A stretch of DNA of 64,000 nucleotides from Nemertoderma westbladi (lineage: Eukaryota; Animalia; Xenacoelomorpha): positions 9,813-73,812 of the forward strand of contig JAUCBJ010003179.1 of assembly GCA_032718475.1 (NCBI GenBank), written 5' to 3'. Below the pieces are notes generated by a model, which was given only the letters and a program-made list of their open reading frames with translations, was not told the origin of the DNA and ran no database searches. Positions 1-12,290 of this stretch are shown here, one piece after another. The position numbers were made by a program, and so were the translations under genes. How positions within the stretch are numbered: the first letter of the stretch is position 1; each line of letters starts with the position of its first letter.

Positions 1-501
1 ATTAAATCACAATTACTTCACACGTGGCTTACAGTATATCAATTGGAAGCGGAGAGTCTTGAGCGTCTTTTGACACTATAATTAATTAAATTCATGATGG
101 AGAAGATAGATAAAATGCTGTTTACAATTGCAAACACGGCAGATTGCCTAACCGGTATGTAAGCACCCAGCCTATTGCAGTATCTGAGTATTGCAGCTTT
201 ACTTCATAAGTACATAAGTAGGGTTTACCGGTGACTGGTACATATTTTTAATATTCAAGTAGCCTACTACCAATTATTACTGTATAGTACCGGCTGACCG
301 GTATTATAAGTTTAAATGTTATGTTAAATACCGGTACCGGTACCGTCATCTCATCAATACAGATTGGAAGATAAATAATGTTTGATACAACATTTTATCA
401 ATGTTCCTCATCATGAATTTAATTAATTGTGGTGTCAAAAGACGATCAAGACTCTCCGCTTTCAATTGATATAAGCGCGTGCAAAATGATTGAGATTTAA
501 T
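1..501. repeat. Imperfect inverted repeat (arms ~1-120 and ~388-501, spacer ~265 bp); probably the centre of a foldback/MITE that extends left of the window
   Basis: 1-120 (attaaatcac...gcggagagtcttgagcgtcttttgacac...aattaattaaattcatgatg...ataaaatg) matches the reverse complement of 388-501 with scattered substitutions and one 5-bp insertion. Confidence 0.8.
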
Positions 502-1727
502 GTGTATTTGAATGGGTAGAAAATAACCATCCATGGAAACCAAGATAAGAAATTATCAGATCACTTTGTAATGACGTAAAATCTGTAGCAGCCAATCACA
601 TCCGATTCTCAAAATTGGCTTCCCGTGCTTAATTAAATCCGCCATTTCGACCGTTTCCACGTGTTTTTACAAAAAACACACCCCGTCACTCGATTCAGGG
701 AACCTTTTCTGACCTTACCCCTTATTCAATTGTTTCTAACCCAACAATTGTTTCGCGCAACAACCCTATTGCAGTATTATCCAATATGAAAATCGGAAGG
801 AAATGTGTTGATTTTCTAGGAAATATTCTGACGACTTGCAGACTTAGTAGTTCTTCAGTATAATTTGTTGCGTTTAATTCCTGGTTCTTCTGTTCTTGGT
901 GCTTGGGGTAGGTCGCGTACTGTATTGCATATTGCTGTATTGCAGTATTGTAAGACCGAGATTTTTTTCTGCCTTATACAGTTATACCAGTCTGCCAGTA
1001 CAGCAGTATACCCAGATACCTGCTCGCAGTTTCCGCGTTTGCTTTCTCCGTGTTTATCTTGGGAGGCTTCTTTGGTACATTACCCCTCCTAGGCATTATA
1101 ATTATTGCAGTATACTGCCAGACTGCAGGCAGTCCCGGCACCACGGCTGCACGGTATATGAGCACTGATTGAGTCGAGTACGTGCGTACGGTTTCGCGTT
1201 TCGGTAAAATGCAGAGCAGAACAGCAGTAGGCCAATATTACTGATATATTGCTGTAGGCCTATTCAGGTATTGTACTGCAATACTGGCAAGCAGGTGTAC
1301 TGTACAGTACAGTATGAACAATTTACTGATTTAGTGGTAATGTGGTCTGGTATGGTAGTTTAGGAGCCGGTCTGGTGCGCGTGACCTACCGTACTGTACA
1401 TGCTGATGACCTTATGCAACATACCTTCTGGCCTTGTCGCCCACTCCGCTTCCCTCTGGCCTATCTGTATAAGCAAAGTAAGTCAATAATGTCCAAAATC
1501 AGCTCAATTTCTTCTTAGCATTTAAGGTGTTAATTATAGTCGAGGCATGACCCAGGGCACGACGACCAGGCAGCCAGGGCAGGGCCATGCTGCCATGCTA
1601 GGCCTACAGTATGACCAAGGCCATGTTTATAGATGGCGTTATGGGCATGACCAACGAACCCCTAAAATATCAAACCAAATACAGCCACAATACATATACA
1701 TAATTAATTACTGTATGTACTACGCTA

Positions 1728-3363
1728 CAGTGCCGGATAAAGCCTCTGGTGGCCGTAAGGCACATTTTAGTAATCTCCAAAAATGGCCCGAAAATTGATA
1801 TTTTTCCACAAACCCTTTCAAAAGAAAAAGCTGCTAAAAACTGTGAAAATATTGCGAAGGAAATATAAAGTATTTCCATTGGATGACTGCATGCAAATAA
1901 GTACAAAGTACATACATTAATAATAAGTACTTTGCAAAAATAGTTTTCATCAAGAATTGTAACATTACTAAACGGCATATTATTATGCCTATAAAATCTT
2001 TGCTATAGTATAAATTGTGTAATGGATTTGGTAGAATTTCCCCATTACCATTACCCCAAATCTATTTGTTTTATTTATAAAGCTACTATTCTGAAATTTT
2101 AACACAATGATCTGTGATCTTTTATATAGGCCTACTATTAAAACTGAGTACAGTATAGATAACTTCATAAACCGTTTGTTCGAAAAATATGGCACTTTTT
2201 GAACAGGTCGGTTTTTTTCAAAAATTGTATAAATTTTGAGGCATTTATATGTAAATTAGCTCATATTTAAGGATCTGTTACAACCTGCATTGAAGTTCTT
2301 GGTCCAAGACTTTGGGAAAATGGACCTAGATATGTAGGCTATCTTCTATGAAAATTTTAGCACAAAATTATTGCTTCTGGAAAATTTATGGGGGTTTTAG
2401 TATTTCCGGGCTATTGGGAATCAAATATTTTGTAATAGACAAAGGGTAGCAGTTACAAAACCGAGTCTAGAAGATCCAAACGGTCATGTTTTACAAAACC
2501 AACGATAGGTTAGTTAGATAGGATAGTTGAAAAGAACAGTTTTGAGGTCAAAAAATAATTAATTAATAATAGTTGTAGTTGGCCCCTCTAAGACTGACTG
2601 GCCCCTGTAGGTATTTAGTAATTTTGATCGGATCGTGGGAATGTGTTATTTATTGGCTTTACAGTAGGGTAGGTTTCGCAGGGTACTTTTTACAGGACTT
2701 ACTGAGAAATAAAACACACCAAAAGTGTGAGCTTAGTGCAAAAATATAATATTTCTGATCTACTGTATATTTGGACTTGCTGAGGTTTTTTTTTATCAAC
2801 AACTATTTTATCTACAACTAATTTATCCTGTTTTTTTTATCTATATTGCCTTTATTTATAAAACTCGTTTCCGGTAAAAAAAATTAATTTCGTACTAAAC
2901 ATATCTCCACGCAATACATTTAATATGTAGGGCCTACAGTATTTCCAGTATGTCACCATACGTCATTATTTGGTTGTTCTAGAAAGTTTAAGAGCATAAC
3001 TACAAATAATTTCCCACAAATAAATAAAATTAAATTCTCCATTGTTCATAATTAGCACTTTAAAGTTTTACTGCCCATGTTTTATTATTTCCCTGCCATC
3101 AGGTTTCGAACTAATAACACAGCACCCTGTCGGTCGACTGGATAGAATTTTGCACTTTCTATCACAAATTTAGGGAAAGAAAGTAGGTGAAAGATGCACT
3201 TTCTATCTCTGTTTTCTACAAATTATAGTGAGAAAAAATATGGACTTTTCAGATAAAAATATTTTTTTCACAGGAATGACACGCTAGCTGAGAAAAAATG
3301 GCCCGTATTTTCGGCTGGCCCTAAGGCACGTGCCTTATATGCCTTAAGGTTAATCCGGCACTG
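1728..3363. mobile_element. Non-autonomous hAT-type DNA transposon
   Basis: TIRs CAGTGCCGGATAAA (1728) and TTAATCCGGCACTG (ending 3363); perfect 8-bp TSD CTACGCTA at 1720-1727 and 3364-3371; no transposase ORF. Confidence 0.85.
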
Positions 3364-5721
3364 CTACGCTATGCAGGTTACCAAGCAATCACCAGATCAG
3401 GGCAGCAGGGTACTACTGGATTCAGTAGGCTAAATATCGGTGACAGACAGAAAAGTCCCCGCCCATATTTTGACTGGGGGGGGGGGGGGGGGGGTGGAAA
3501 AATCCACTAGCTGATTTTTACCCCCTAGCAGCCTAGCCCCTATAGGACAAAAATCTGCTAGCAGGACATTTCCCGCAGATTTTGTGCACCTTAATGTTTT
3601 GAATTTTGAATCTATTGTATTTATAATAAATTCCCTAACTGATGAATATACCGACAGCAATAACTACAGTCTTCCTTCATGAATTAGCTATATGAGATAA
3701 ATAAGCTTTATAAAGAGAACCTCTATCATATCGGCATGTACTGTATCTATGTTCGCATATAGGACCTAAGATCGCAAAGATCTAAGTTCATCTCACTCAG
3801 GCCCTGTAGGATCTAAGTTTGTTTTACCGTTACCAGGGTAGGGTTCTGCTACTGTACAGCTACAGCTGTACAGTAGTAGCAGGCCTATTAGCAATCCGGT
3901 AGGCGTACGTACATTGGATTACTGGATTAGGGGTACACTGGGGTAGGTGCTAAAATTCACAACGAGCACCAATAACGAACAACAATCTGACAATGAGCAA
4001 CAACGAACAACAATGAAATGACAAATGAGCAACAACGAGCTACAATCTGACAATGAGCAATCCAGCAATTTAATTATAAGGGACCGTCCAAGTATGACGT
4101 CAGCACTTTAAGGGGGGGGGGGGGGGGGGGGGTGGGGGGGGTTGCGAAAATCTGATGACGTGCTGATGAGGGGAGGGGGTCAGCCAAAATCTGACGTCAG
4201 CATGTTTATTTATAGGTGCTAGAAGAGATATAGCAGAAGAGTAAATAGCTTGCCTATTTAATTGTTCGAAGCCCCCCCCCCCCCCCCCCCCCCCCCAAGG
4301 CCCGTAGCACTCACCATGTTTCAGTGATTAGGACGCGTGCTACTGGGGTACTGCGGTACTGGGGTTCGCCTGAAAATGAAACATTAATCCTAAGCAATGA
4401 TTGTTAGAGACTGCAGTACCGGTACGGGTACCTCTACCGGTTCATACTGTCATATAGGCCTATTATTAGCTTATGTTTGTTTATTATCATTCATAAACTG
4501 CTGTCGCATCAGGTACAAGTATGTAAACGATAGGCTATCCTACTAAAACTCTATACCTTCCTATATAGCTGTATAGATAAGCTATGTAACTACAGCCAGC
4601 CCCCGTGCATCCCCCCCTCCAACAGTCCAATGCAGTATAATACATTTATCCTGCTGCTGATAATAGTTTATTACAATTTTTTTTTTAATCTGATTTGGGG
4701 GGGGGGGGGGGGGTCAACGCCTATCTGATGACATCTGATTTAGGGGAGGGAGGTAAGGGCTCGATCGGAGCTCCGGCCTCCGGCTCCGGCCATTTTGGCA
4801 CCTCCGGCTCCGGCTCCGGTAAAATATTGCCGGAGTTAATTTTTTAATAAAGTATTATATTTCGTGCATATTCTAATCTGAACAATTATTTACACTATAA
4901 GTACTGTAGTACAGCTTCAATATCAAGCATAATACTGCAGTATTTACTTAAAGTTAATGACTGACTGACTGTACTGCAGGTCTGGCTGACTGGTACTGGC
5001 CAGCTGGCTGACTAGCAGACTATTACCAGATTCTGAGATTACAGACTGACAGATAGGCCCTACTGTAAAACATTGTAAATGCTATGATTGTTCACTGTAC
5101 CACTGCCTGACTGCAGCCATTTACTGCTGTGATGCCAGCATACTGTACTGCAGTACTGGTACACGTACGGCTGTACGGTCTGCAGTACTGGTACACGTAC
5201 GACTGTACGCGTACGGTAGACTACTTACAGTACACAGTTAGTGAGTTAGGCTGTTAGGTACCGTACTGTGGGTAATTTTTAGCCGTCAGCGTCAGGCCGT
5301 CTGTCTGTGATGAATTAATTACTTAAATTTTAAATTGAAAATTCGTAAATCTATAAATTATGAAGATGAAAATTACCCCCCTATAGCAGTATAGGGTATT
5401 CCCTGTCATCCGAAATCAGTGAGTCAGAAGACTTAACCGGTACAGCGGTACCTAGTACCTACCAAATGCTGTGTACTGAAATACAGTACCAGCAGACTGG
5501 TATGTAGAATAGCTTACTGTCTGACTGTAAACTATCAGCCACTGAAATGTGGAACCTTGTAAATGTTAAACCGACAACCGACAAGCCTATTACCGATTCT
5601 TATAATCAAGTTAAGGATCAGGTTACATCTGTACATGGGCGGGCTTTTCTAACCAAAACAATAAACGTTAGGCCTATAACGTTTAGGTATTGTTTTGGAA
5701 AAGGCAAAAATAAACAGTAAA

Positions 5722-6528
5722 CGTTTGGCGTTTGGGCATATTAGAATGCCTTTTGGGTGGCGTTTGGGTATGTTAGAATGCCGTTTGGGTGGCGTTTGGG
5801 TATGTTAGAATGCCGTTTTGGTGGCGTTTGGGTAAGGTAGAATGCCGTTTGGCTGTTTGGGTAAGGTAGAATGCCGTTTGGGTGGCGTTTGGGTATGTTA
5901 GAAAATGCAGTTTGGGTGGCGTTTGGGTATGTTAGAATGCCGTTTGGGTGGCGTTTGGGTATGTTAGAATGCCGTTTGGGTGGCGTTTGGTTATGTTAGA
6001 ATGCCGTTTGGGTGGAGTTTGGGTATGTTAGAATGCAGTTTGGGTGGCGTTTGGGTATGTTAGAATGCCGTTTGAGTGGCGTTTAGGTAAGGTAGACTGC
6101 CGTTTGCAGGTTTGGGTGGCGTTTGTGTAATCTAGACTGCCATTTGGCTGGCGTTTGGGTATGTTGGAATGCCGTTTGGGTGGCGTTTGGGTATGTTATG
6201 TTAGAATGCCGTTTGGGTGGCGTTTGGGTATGTTAGAATGCCGTTTGGGTGGCGTTTGGGCATGTTAGAATGCCGTTTGGGTGGCTTTTGGGTATGTTAG
6301 AATGCCGTTTGAGTGGCGTTTGGGTATGTTAGAATGCCGTTTGGGTGGCGTTTGGGTATGTTAGAATGCCGTTTGGGTGGCGTTTGGGTATGTTAAAATG
6401 CCGTTCGGGTGGCGTTTGGGCATGTTAGAATGCCGTTTGGGTGGCGTTTGTGTATGTTAGAATGCCGTTTGGGTGGCGTTTGGGTATGTTGGAATGCCGT
6501 TTCGGTGGCGTTTGGGTAAGGTAGACTG
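5722..6528 (+). repeat. Tandem array, 32-bp unit GCCGTTTGGGTGGCGTTTGGGTATGTTAGAAT (left foldback arm)
   Basis: Direct inspection; about 25 copies with few substitutions. Confidence 0.95.
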
Positions 6529-6794
6529 TATTCTTTATTACATATTTATTATGTTTCATTTATTTTATCTTTAATTTTATTTATCTATGTTATTTTTCAG
6601 ATTAATTTTCCAAAGTCAAACCTCCAGGAGGAGAAGAGTGATCTATTTCTGGCAAGCGTCATGGATGTTGACAACACAGTAAACCGGAACTGCGTCCATC
6701 TGGTAAAAGTTTTGATAACGTCTCCAAAAGTGTCCACGAATCACCGAGTCAACGATTCCTACGAGCAGAAGTCGGCGTCTGTGTTTACTTAAGT

Positions 6795-9275
6795 TAGGGT
6801 TCGATCGGTGCCAAAATTTTGCCGGTGCCGGTGCCGGTGCCGGTGTCACATTGTAAATGCCGGTGCAGGTGCCGGTGCCGGTGTTTTTAAATGTTGGGCA
6901 AATTTGGCGTAATTCTATTTGAAAACGAAATACTATAAATTTTTGTGTAATCTATGTCTATTACATTAGGCCACACGCACACCTAACCCTGTCACCTAAT
7001 GAAATGCAGAAATGAGGCAGTGATGCAGTAAAGTACCACAGTCACAGATTGTCAGAAGGTACAGTTGACAGTAGCTCAGCAATTTCTAAATTAATATTGT
7101 AATAGCTTAACCCAGCTGCCCAGCACACGGGTACAGCAGCAGAGCAACAAGTACGTACAATTCTACAATACTGTAAAATTATGATGTCACGCATTTATAT
7201 AAAATGGTTTAGCTTTACAATAAAATGAATATAAAAGTTTAAATAAAACGATTGCATTAAAATTATATGTGTACAGTTACAGTAGCAGTCTAGTCCACTA
7301 GCCCAATCGGGAAACACAGGCATTTCCAGATTGGGCAATAAATGTTTCCCGATCGGGAAAAATTAACATAAACATTTCTGCGCATTGACTGGTTAGGATG
7401 CGCATTACAGTTGAGGTGTAGGGATAATCACCTGTCCCTAGTGACCAATGGGTTTGATGCTCATTATGTACTTTTGCTGCTTTAAATTGCAATGTTTAAT
7501 ATAAGTTAATAAATCTAAGTTTCCTGATCAGGAAATTTATTATTGCCAGATCGGGAAACATTTTAATATTTCTCTAAATGCTTTATTGCCAGATCAGGAA
7601 ACATTACAATATCTTCATATTCATAACTACTGGCAGACTGGTACAGGACAGCAGGAACTATACTGCTATACAGCTATAGGCAGATATCTAAGACCTTCAA
7701 TCTGACAGTACCTACCACCAGACCACTCTCAGACTCTACTAGTACGCTATCCGCTATATTGTCAAACAGTCTACTGGCTGACTGGACTGGCAGGTCCATA
7801 TACCTGACTGCAGTTGAGATTGAGATTATTTATTGAGGACTAATATAGTATTGGAACGAAACAACAACTGGTAAAGATATGCAAGACCAACTGAAAGTAT
7901 TTAACAAGGATTTAACACAATATCGAATAAGTTAAAATCACAAATTGAATTTTAAAAAGAATAAGTACCGGTATGTTTGTTAAAATAAAAGCTCGGTAAC
8001 ACAAATTAATTAAAATCACGAATCGAATTTAGGAATGTATGCAGGCTAAGTTAAAAGTTAAAATCACGCTTAAAATACAGAAATCACTTCAAAATCAAAC
8101 CTAAAATCACTTTAAAATCACGCTTAAAATCACATTAAAATTATGCTTAAAATCACTATAAAATCACGCTTAAAATCACTGAAATTATTTAATTTATAGT
8201 ACCAAGCCAATTAATTAAAATCTCAGGTATATTAGCCTCGAGGAATGTCCCTTGCAGCCTTGTGCCTTGAGGTAAAGACCTAGTCTCCCAGTGGGTCCTC
8301 GTTAAAAATATAGGCCTATTAAAAATAAAATTGAACTGCCATTTAAATAGTTATAGGTGATGATCTTAAAAATAGTTCTATGTTAGTGGTTTGGTTAGTG
8401 ATAGATAACTCCTCAACTACGATCGGCAACCAGTAGGCGTAACTGCTCCACGTCACGACGTCAGGTAAAACTGCTACTGGCACTCCAGCCAGAATAACCG
8501 AAAACGATCCACTCTAAGAAGTAATCCTGTGACCAGTAGTACAGTAGTACAAGTGCAATATCGCAACTGCAATTATTCCCCAGAAGTTCACCCAGAATCT
8601 GAGAATACCTGTAGTTCAGAACCAGACACCAACCATTGTTGAATCGTGATTTAGCACAGTACAATCAAAAGTTCTTTTAGGAGACATAATAAATAATTAT
8701 ATCACTAGGCCTATTGAATTTAACAGTTTAATATATTATAATTATATTAATAATCATTGGCCTACCACAATAAACATAAGAAATACCCACCAGTAATGTA
8801 AACAGCCTAACATTAATAAATCTGGAAATGGTAAATTATAGTTGCATTGATAGAAATTCATTATTTCCCTATCGGGCAATTGCAATTTTCCCGATCGGGC
8901 AACAATAATTGTTTCCCGATTGGGCTAGTGGACCAGACTGAGTAGGCCTATAGTATTTATATATTACATAAAATACAGAAATAACATAGTGTATCAGTTT
9001 TACACTAAGTAAGGCGTTATGATTCTGGGCTACCAGTCACTAGACTGCTAGACCAGTAGACAGACAGTCAAACAACTATAGCCTTGTAGCTGACTGATAG
9101 CTTAGCCAGGCAGCCAGGCTGTCTGCAGTACCGGTACTGCAGCAGGCTTCAATTTTAACAGCAGCCAATCATTTTAAAAAACACCGGCACCGGCAATGTT
9201 TTTGCCGGTGCAGGTGCCGGTGCCGGTGGTGCCAAACACCGGCAATACCGGTGCCGGTGCACCGATCGAACCCTA
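6795..9275. mobile_element. Non-autonomous hAT-type element inserted in the left foldback arm
   Basis: TIRs TAGGGTTCGATCGGTGC and GCACCGATCGAACCCTA; subterminal (CCGGTG)n repeats; TSD CTTAAG(A)T (left copy lacks one base). The empty site is preserved in the right arm (~10795-10820, reverse complement tgtgtttacttatgatttagcc). Confidence 0.85.
7286..8940. mobile_element. Non-autonomous TIR element with 5-bp TSD (hAT5-like), innermost of the nest
   Basis: 30-bp TIRs CAGTCTAGTCCACTAGCCCAATCGGGAAAC and GTTTCCCGATTGGGCTAGTGGACCAGACTG; AGTAG on both flanks (7281-7285, 8941-8945); subterminal GATCGGGAAA-like repeats. Confidence 0.8.
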
Positions 9276-11071
9276 CTTAAGATTTAGCCTATGGAATAAG
9301 TTCAAACGATGGGTAGAAGCAATCTGAGTCCCAGTAGACTGTTGGTTGGTTCGGAATTCCAGTTGTAGTTGTCGTCTCCTGTCTTTCGGGCGATCTTCGA
9401 TGTGCCGAAGTGATGAGATTAACATGAACATTTATCACTCAAAAATAAACATTTCAATTTTTAATAAAATTACGTATAAATAATCAAGTACCAACTGTTT
9501 TCCTATAAAGTGGTGCTTTATGCAGCGTGATATAAATAGTTATATTCTTAATATTGCCTTTCTATTTTTGTAATCGTATTTTTTACTAAATTATTACATA
9601 GTTTCTGTTCTACTAATGTATAAATATTATTTTGGCAAATTCTTAGTAGAAAATAGAGGGCCGACTAGGCAGTAACTTAACAAATATAGTATTAATTTTC
9701 AACAGGGTAGCGTGATATAAATAATTATTCTTAATATTGCCTTTCTATCCCACACTTCAGATTTAGTTTCAGGAAATTGTCAATTTTCTCCCGGTGTGAG
9801 AAAAATGAAATTATACATCTCGGGGTAGGGGCTGGAAAAAGTACCACTTTGTTTTCCATGTAGTAAATACAGTAGTTATTAGTGTGCCTTGTTGAAATAG
9901 ACAGTTTGTGTCGTTGACTTTGAAATAATTTGTTGTATATATATTTTTTCAAGTATCATTGCCGCTACTGCTTGAATATTTTCTGCTTTTCAAGTGTTCC
10001 ACAAAGTATTAAAATCTTCCCAATATCGTAAAACGTTGCGGGTGTTTGTGCGACCGACGCCAGAGAGTAGATTGATATGAAACGTGGATATACAGTTCTA
10101 TACTAACCAATCAGTGCAATAGTGTGATGGTAGGGGGCGTTGTTTTTCGTTACTAACTTGAACAGTTTGCTGCCCATTCAGTGATTGAGGTATTACTATT
10201 AGGATATTTATTATATTTATTTATTATTATATTACTTAAGAAACATTTTGAATTTGTTAAGTCATTGTGTATTTGATATATTAAAACACGTTCTTTACCT
10301 TTTCCCCCCTCGATCCGACTTATTTAACTTCTTCGCTGCGCTCGGCCGTTTAATAACAGATTTCGGGACGAACGGTAAATAAAGCATATTTTATTTACCG
10401 TACAATAAATAGTTAATATTTTAGCCAACTGCAGTAATAGACTAACCAACTAATTTGCCAAAATAATATTTATACATTAGTGGAACAGAAACTATGTAAT
10501 AATTTAGTAAAAAATACAATTACAAAAATAGAAAGGCAATATTAAGAATATAACTATTTATATCACGCTGCATAAAGCACCACTTTATAGGAAAACAGTT
10601 GGTACTTGATTATTTATACGTAATTTTATTAAAAATTGAAATGTTTATTTTTGACGGAAAAATGTTCATGTTCACTTCGGCACATCGAAGATCGCCTGAA
10701 AGACAGGAGATAACAACTACAACTGGAATTCCGAACCAACCAACAGTCTACTGGGACTCAGATTGCTGCTACCCATCGTTTGAACTTATTCCATAGGCTA
10801 AATCATAAGTAAACACAGACGCCGACTTCCGCTCGTAGGAATCGTTGACTCGGTGATTCGTGGACACTTTTGGAGACGTTATCAAAACTTTTACCAGATG
10901 GACGCAGTTCCGGTTTACTGTGTTGTCAACATCCATGACGCTTGCCAGAAATACTGTAGATCACTATTCTCCTCCTCGAGGTTTGACTTTGAAAATTAAT
11001 CTGAAAAATAACATAGATAAATAAAATTAAAGATAAAATAAATGAAACATAATAAATATGTAATAAAGAAT

Positions 11072-12290
11072 ACAGTCTACCTTACCCAAACGCCACCCAA
11101 ACGGCATTCTAACATACCCAAACGGCATTCTAACATGGCCAAACGGCATTCTAACATATACCCAAACGCCACCCAAACGGCATTCTAACATACCCAAACG
11201 CCACCCAAACGGCATTCTAACATACCCAAATGCCACCCAAACGGCATTCTAACATACCCAAACGGCATTCTAACATGGCCAAACGGCATTCTAACATACC
11301 CAAACGCCACCCAAACGGCATTCTAACATACCCAAACGGCATTCTAACATACCCAAACGGCATTCTAACATGGCCAAACGGCATTCTAACATATACCCAA
11401 ACGCCACCCAAACGGCATTCTAACATACCCAAACGCCACCCAAACGGCATTCTAACATACCCAAACGCCACCCAAACGGCATTCTAACATACCCAAACGG
11501 CATTCTAACATGGCCAAACGGCATTCTAACATACCCAAACGGCATTCTAACATACCCAAACGCCACCCAAACGGCATTCCAACATACCCAAACGCCACCC
11601 AAACGGCATTCCAATATACCCAAACGCCACCCAAACGGCATTCTAACATAACCAAACGCCACCCAAACGGCATTCTAAGTCTAACATACCCAAACGCCAC
11701 CCAAATGGATTCTAACATACCCAAACGCCACCCAAACGGCATTCCAACATACCCAAACGCCACCCAAACGGCATTCTAACATACCCAAACGCCACCCAAA
11801 CGGCATTCCAACATACCCAAACGCCATTCTAACATACCCAAACGCCACTCAAACAGCATTCTAACATACCCAAAAGCCACCCAAACGGCATTCTAACATA
11901 CCCAAACGGCATTCTAACATGGCCAAACGGCATTCTAACATACCCAAACGCCACCCAAACGGCATTCTAACATACCCAAACGCCACCCAAACGGCATTCT
12001 AACATACCAAAACGGCATTCTAACATGGCCAAACGGCATTCTAACATACCCAAACGCCACCCAAACGGCATTCTAACATACCCAAACGCCACCCAAACGG
12101 CATTCTAACATACCCAAACGCCACCCAAACGGCATTCCAACATACCCAAACGCCACCCAAACGGCATTCTAACATACCCAAACGCCACTCAAACGGCATT
12201 CTAACATACCCAAACGCCACCCAAACGGCATTCTAACATACCCAAACGCCACCCAAACGGCAGTCTAACATTCCCAAACGCCAAACGTTT
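11072..12290 (-). repeat. Same satellite in inverted orientation (right foldback arm), a mix of 32-bp and 21-bp units
   Basis: CCCAAACGCCACCCAAACGGCATTCTAACATA (32 bp) interspersed with CCCAAACGGCATTCTAACATA and GGCCAAAC (21 bp) variants. Confidence 0.95.

Noticed and set aside
5722-6528. Telomere-like TTTGGG content
   Set aside because: Embedded in a 32-bp complex unit within a foldback; not a simple telomeric repeat.
11027-11779. Multiple ORFs such as MAFGYVRMPFGWRLG... and MPPKRHSNIP...
   Set aside because: Translations of the 32/21-bp satellite; no domain or splice support.
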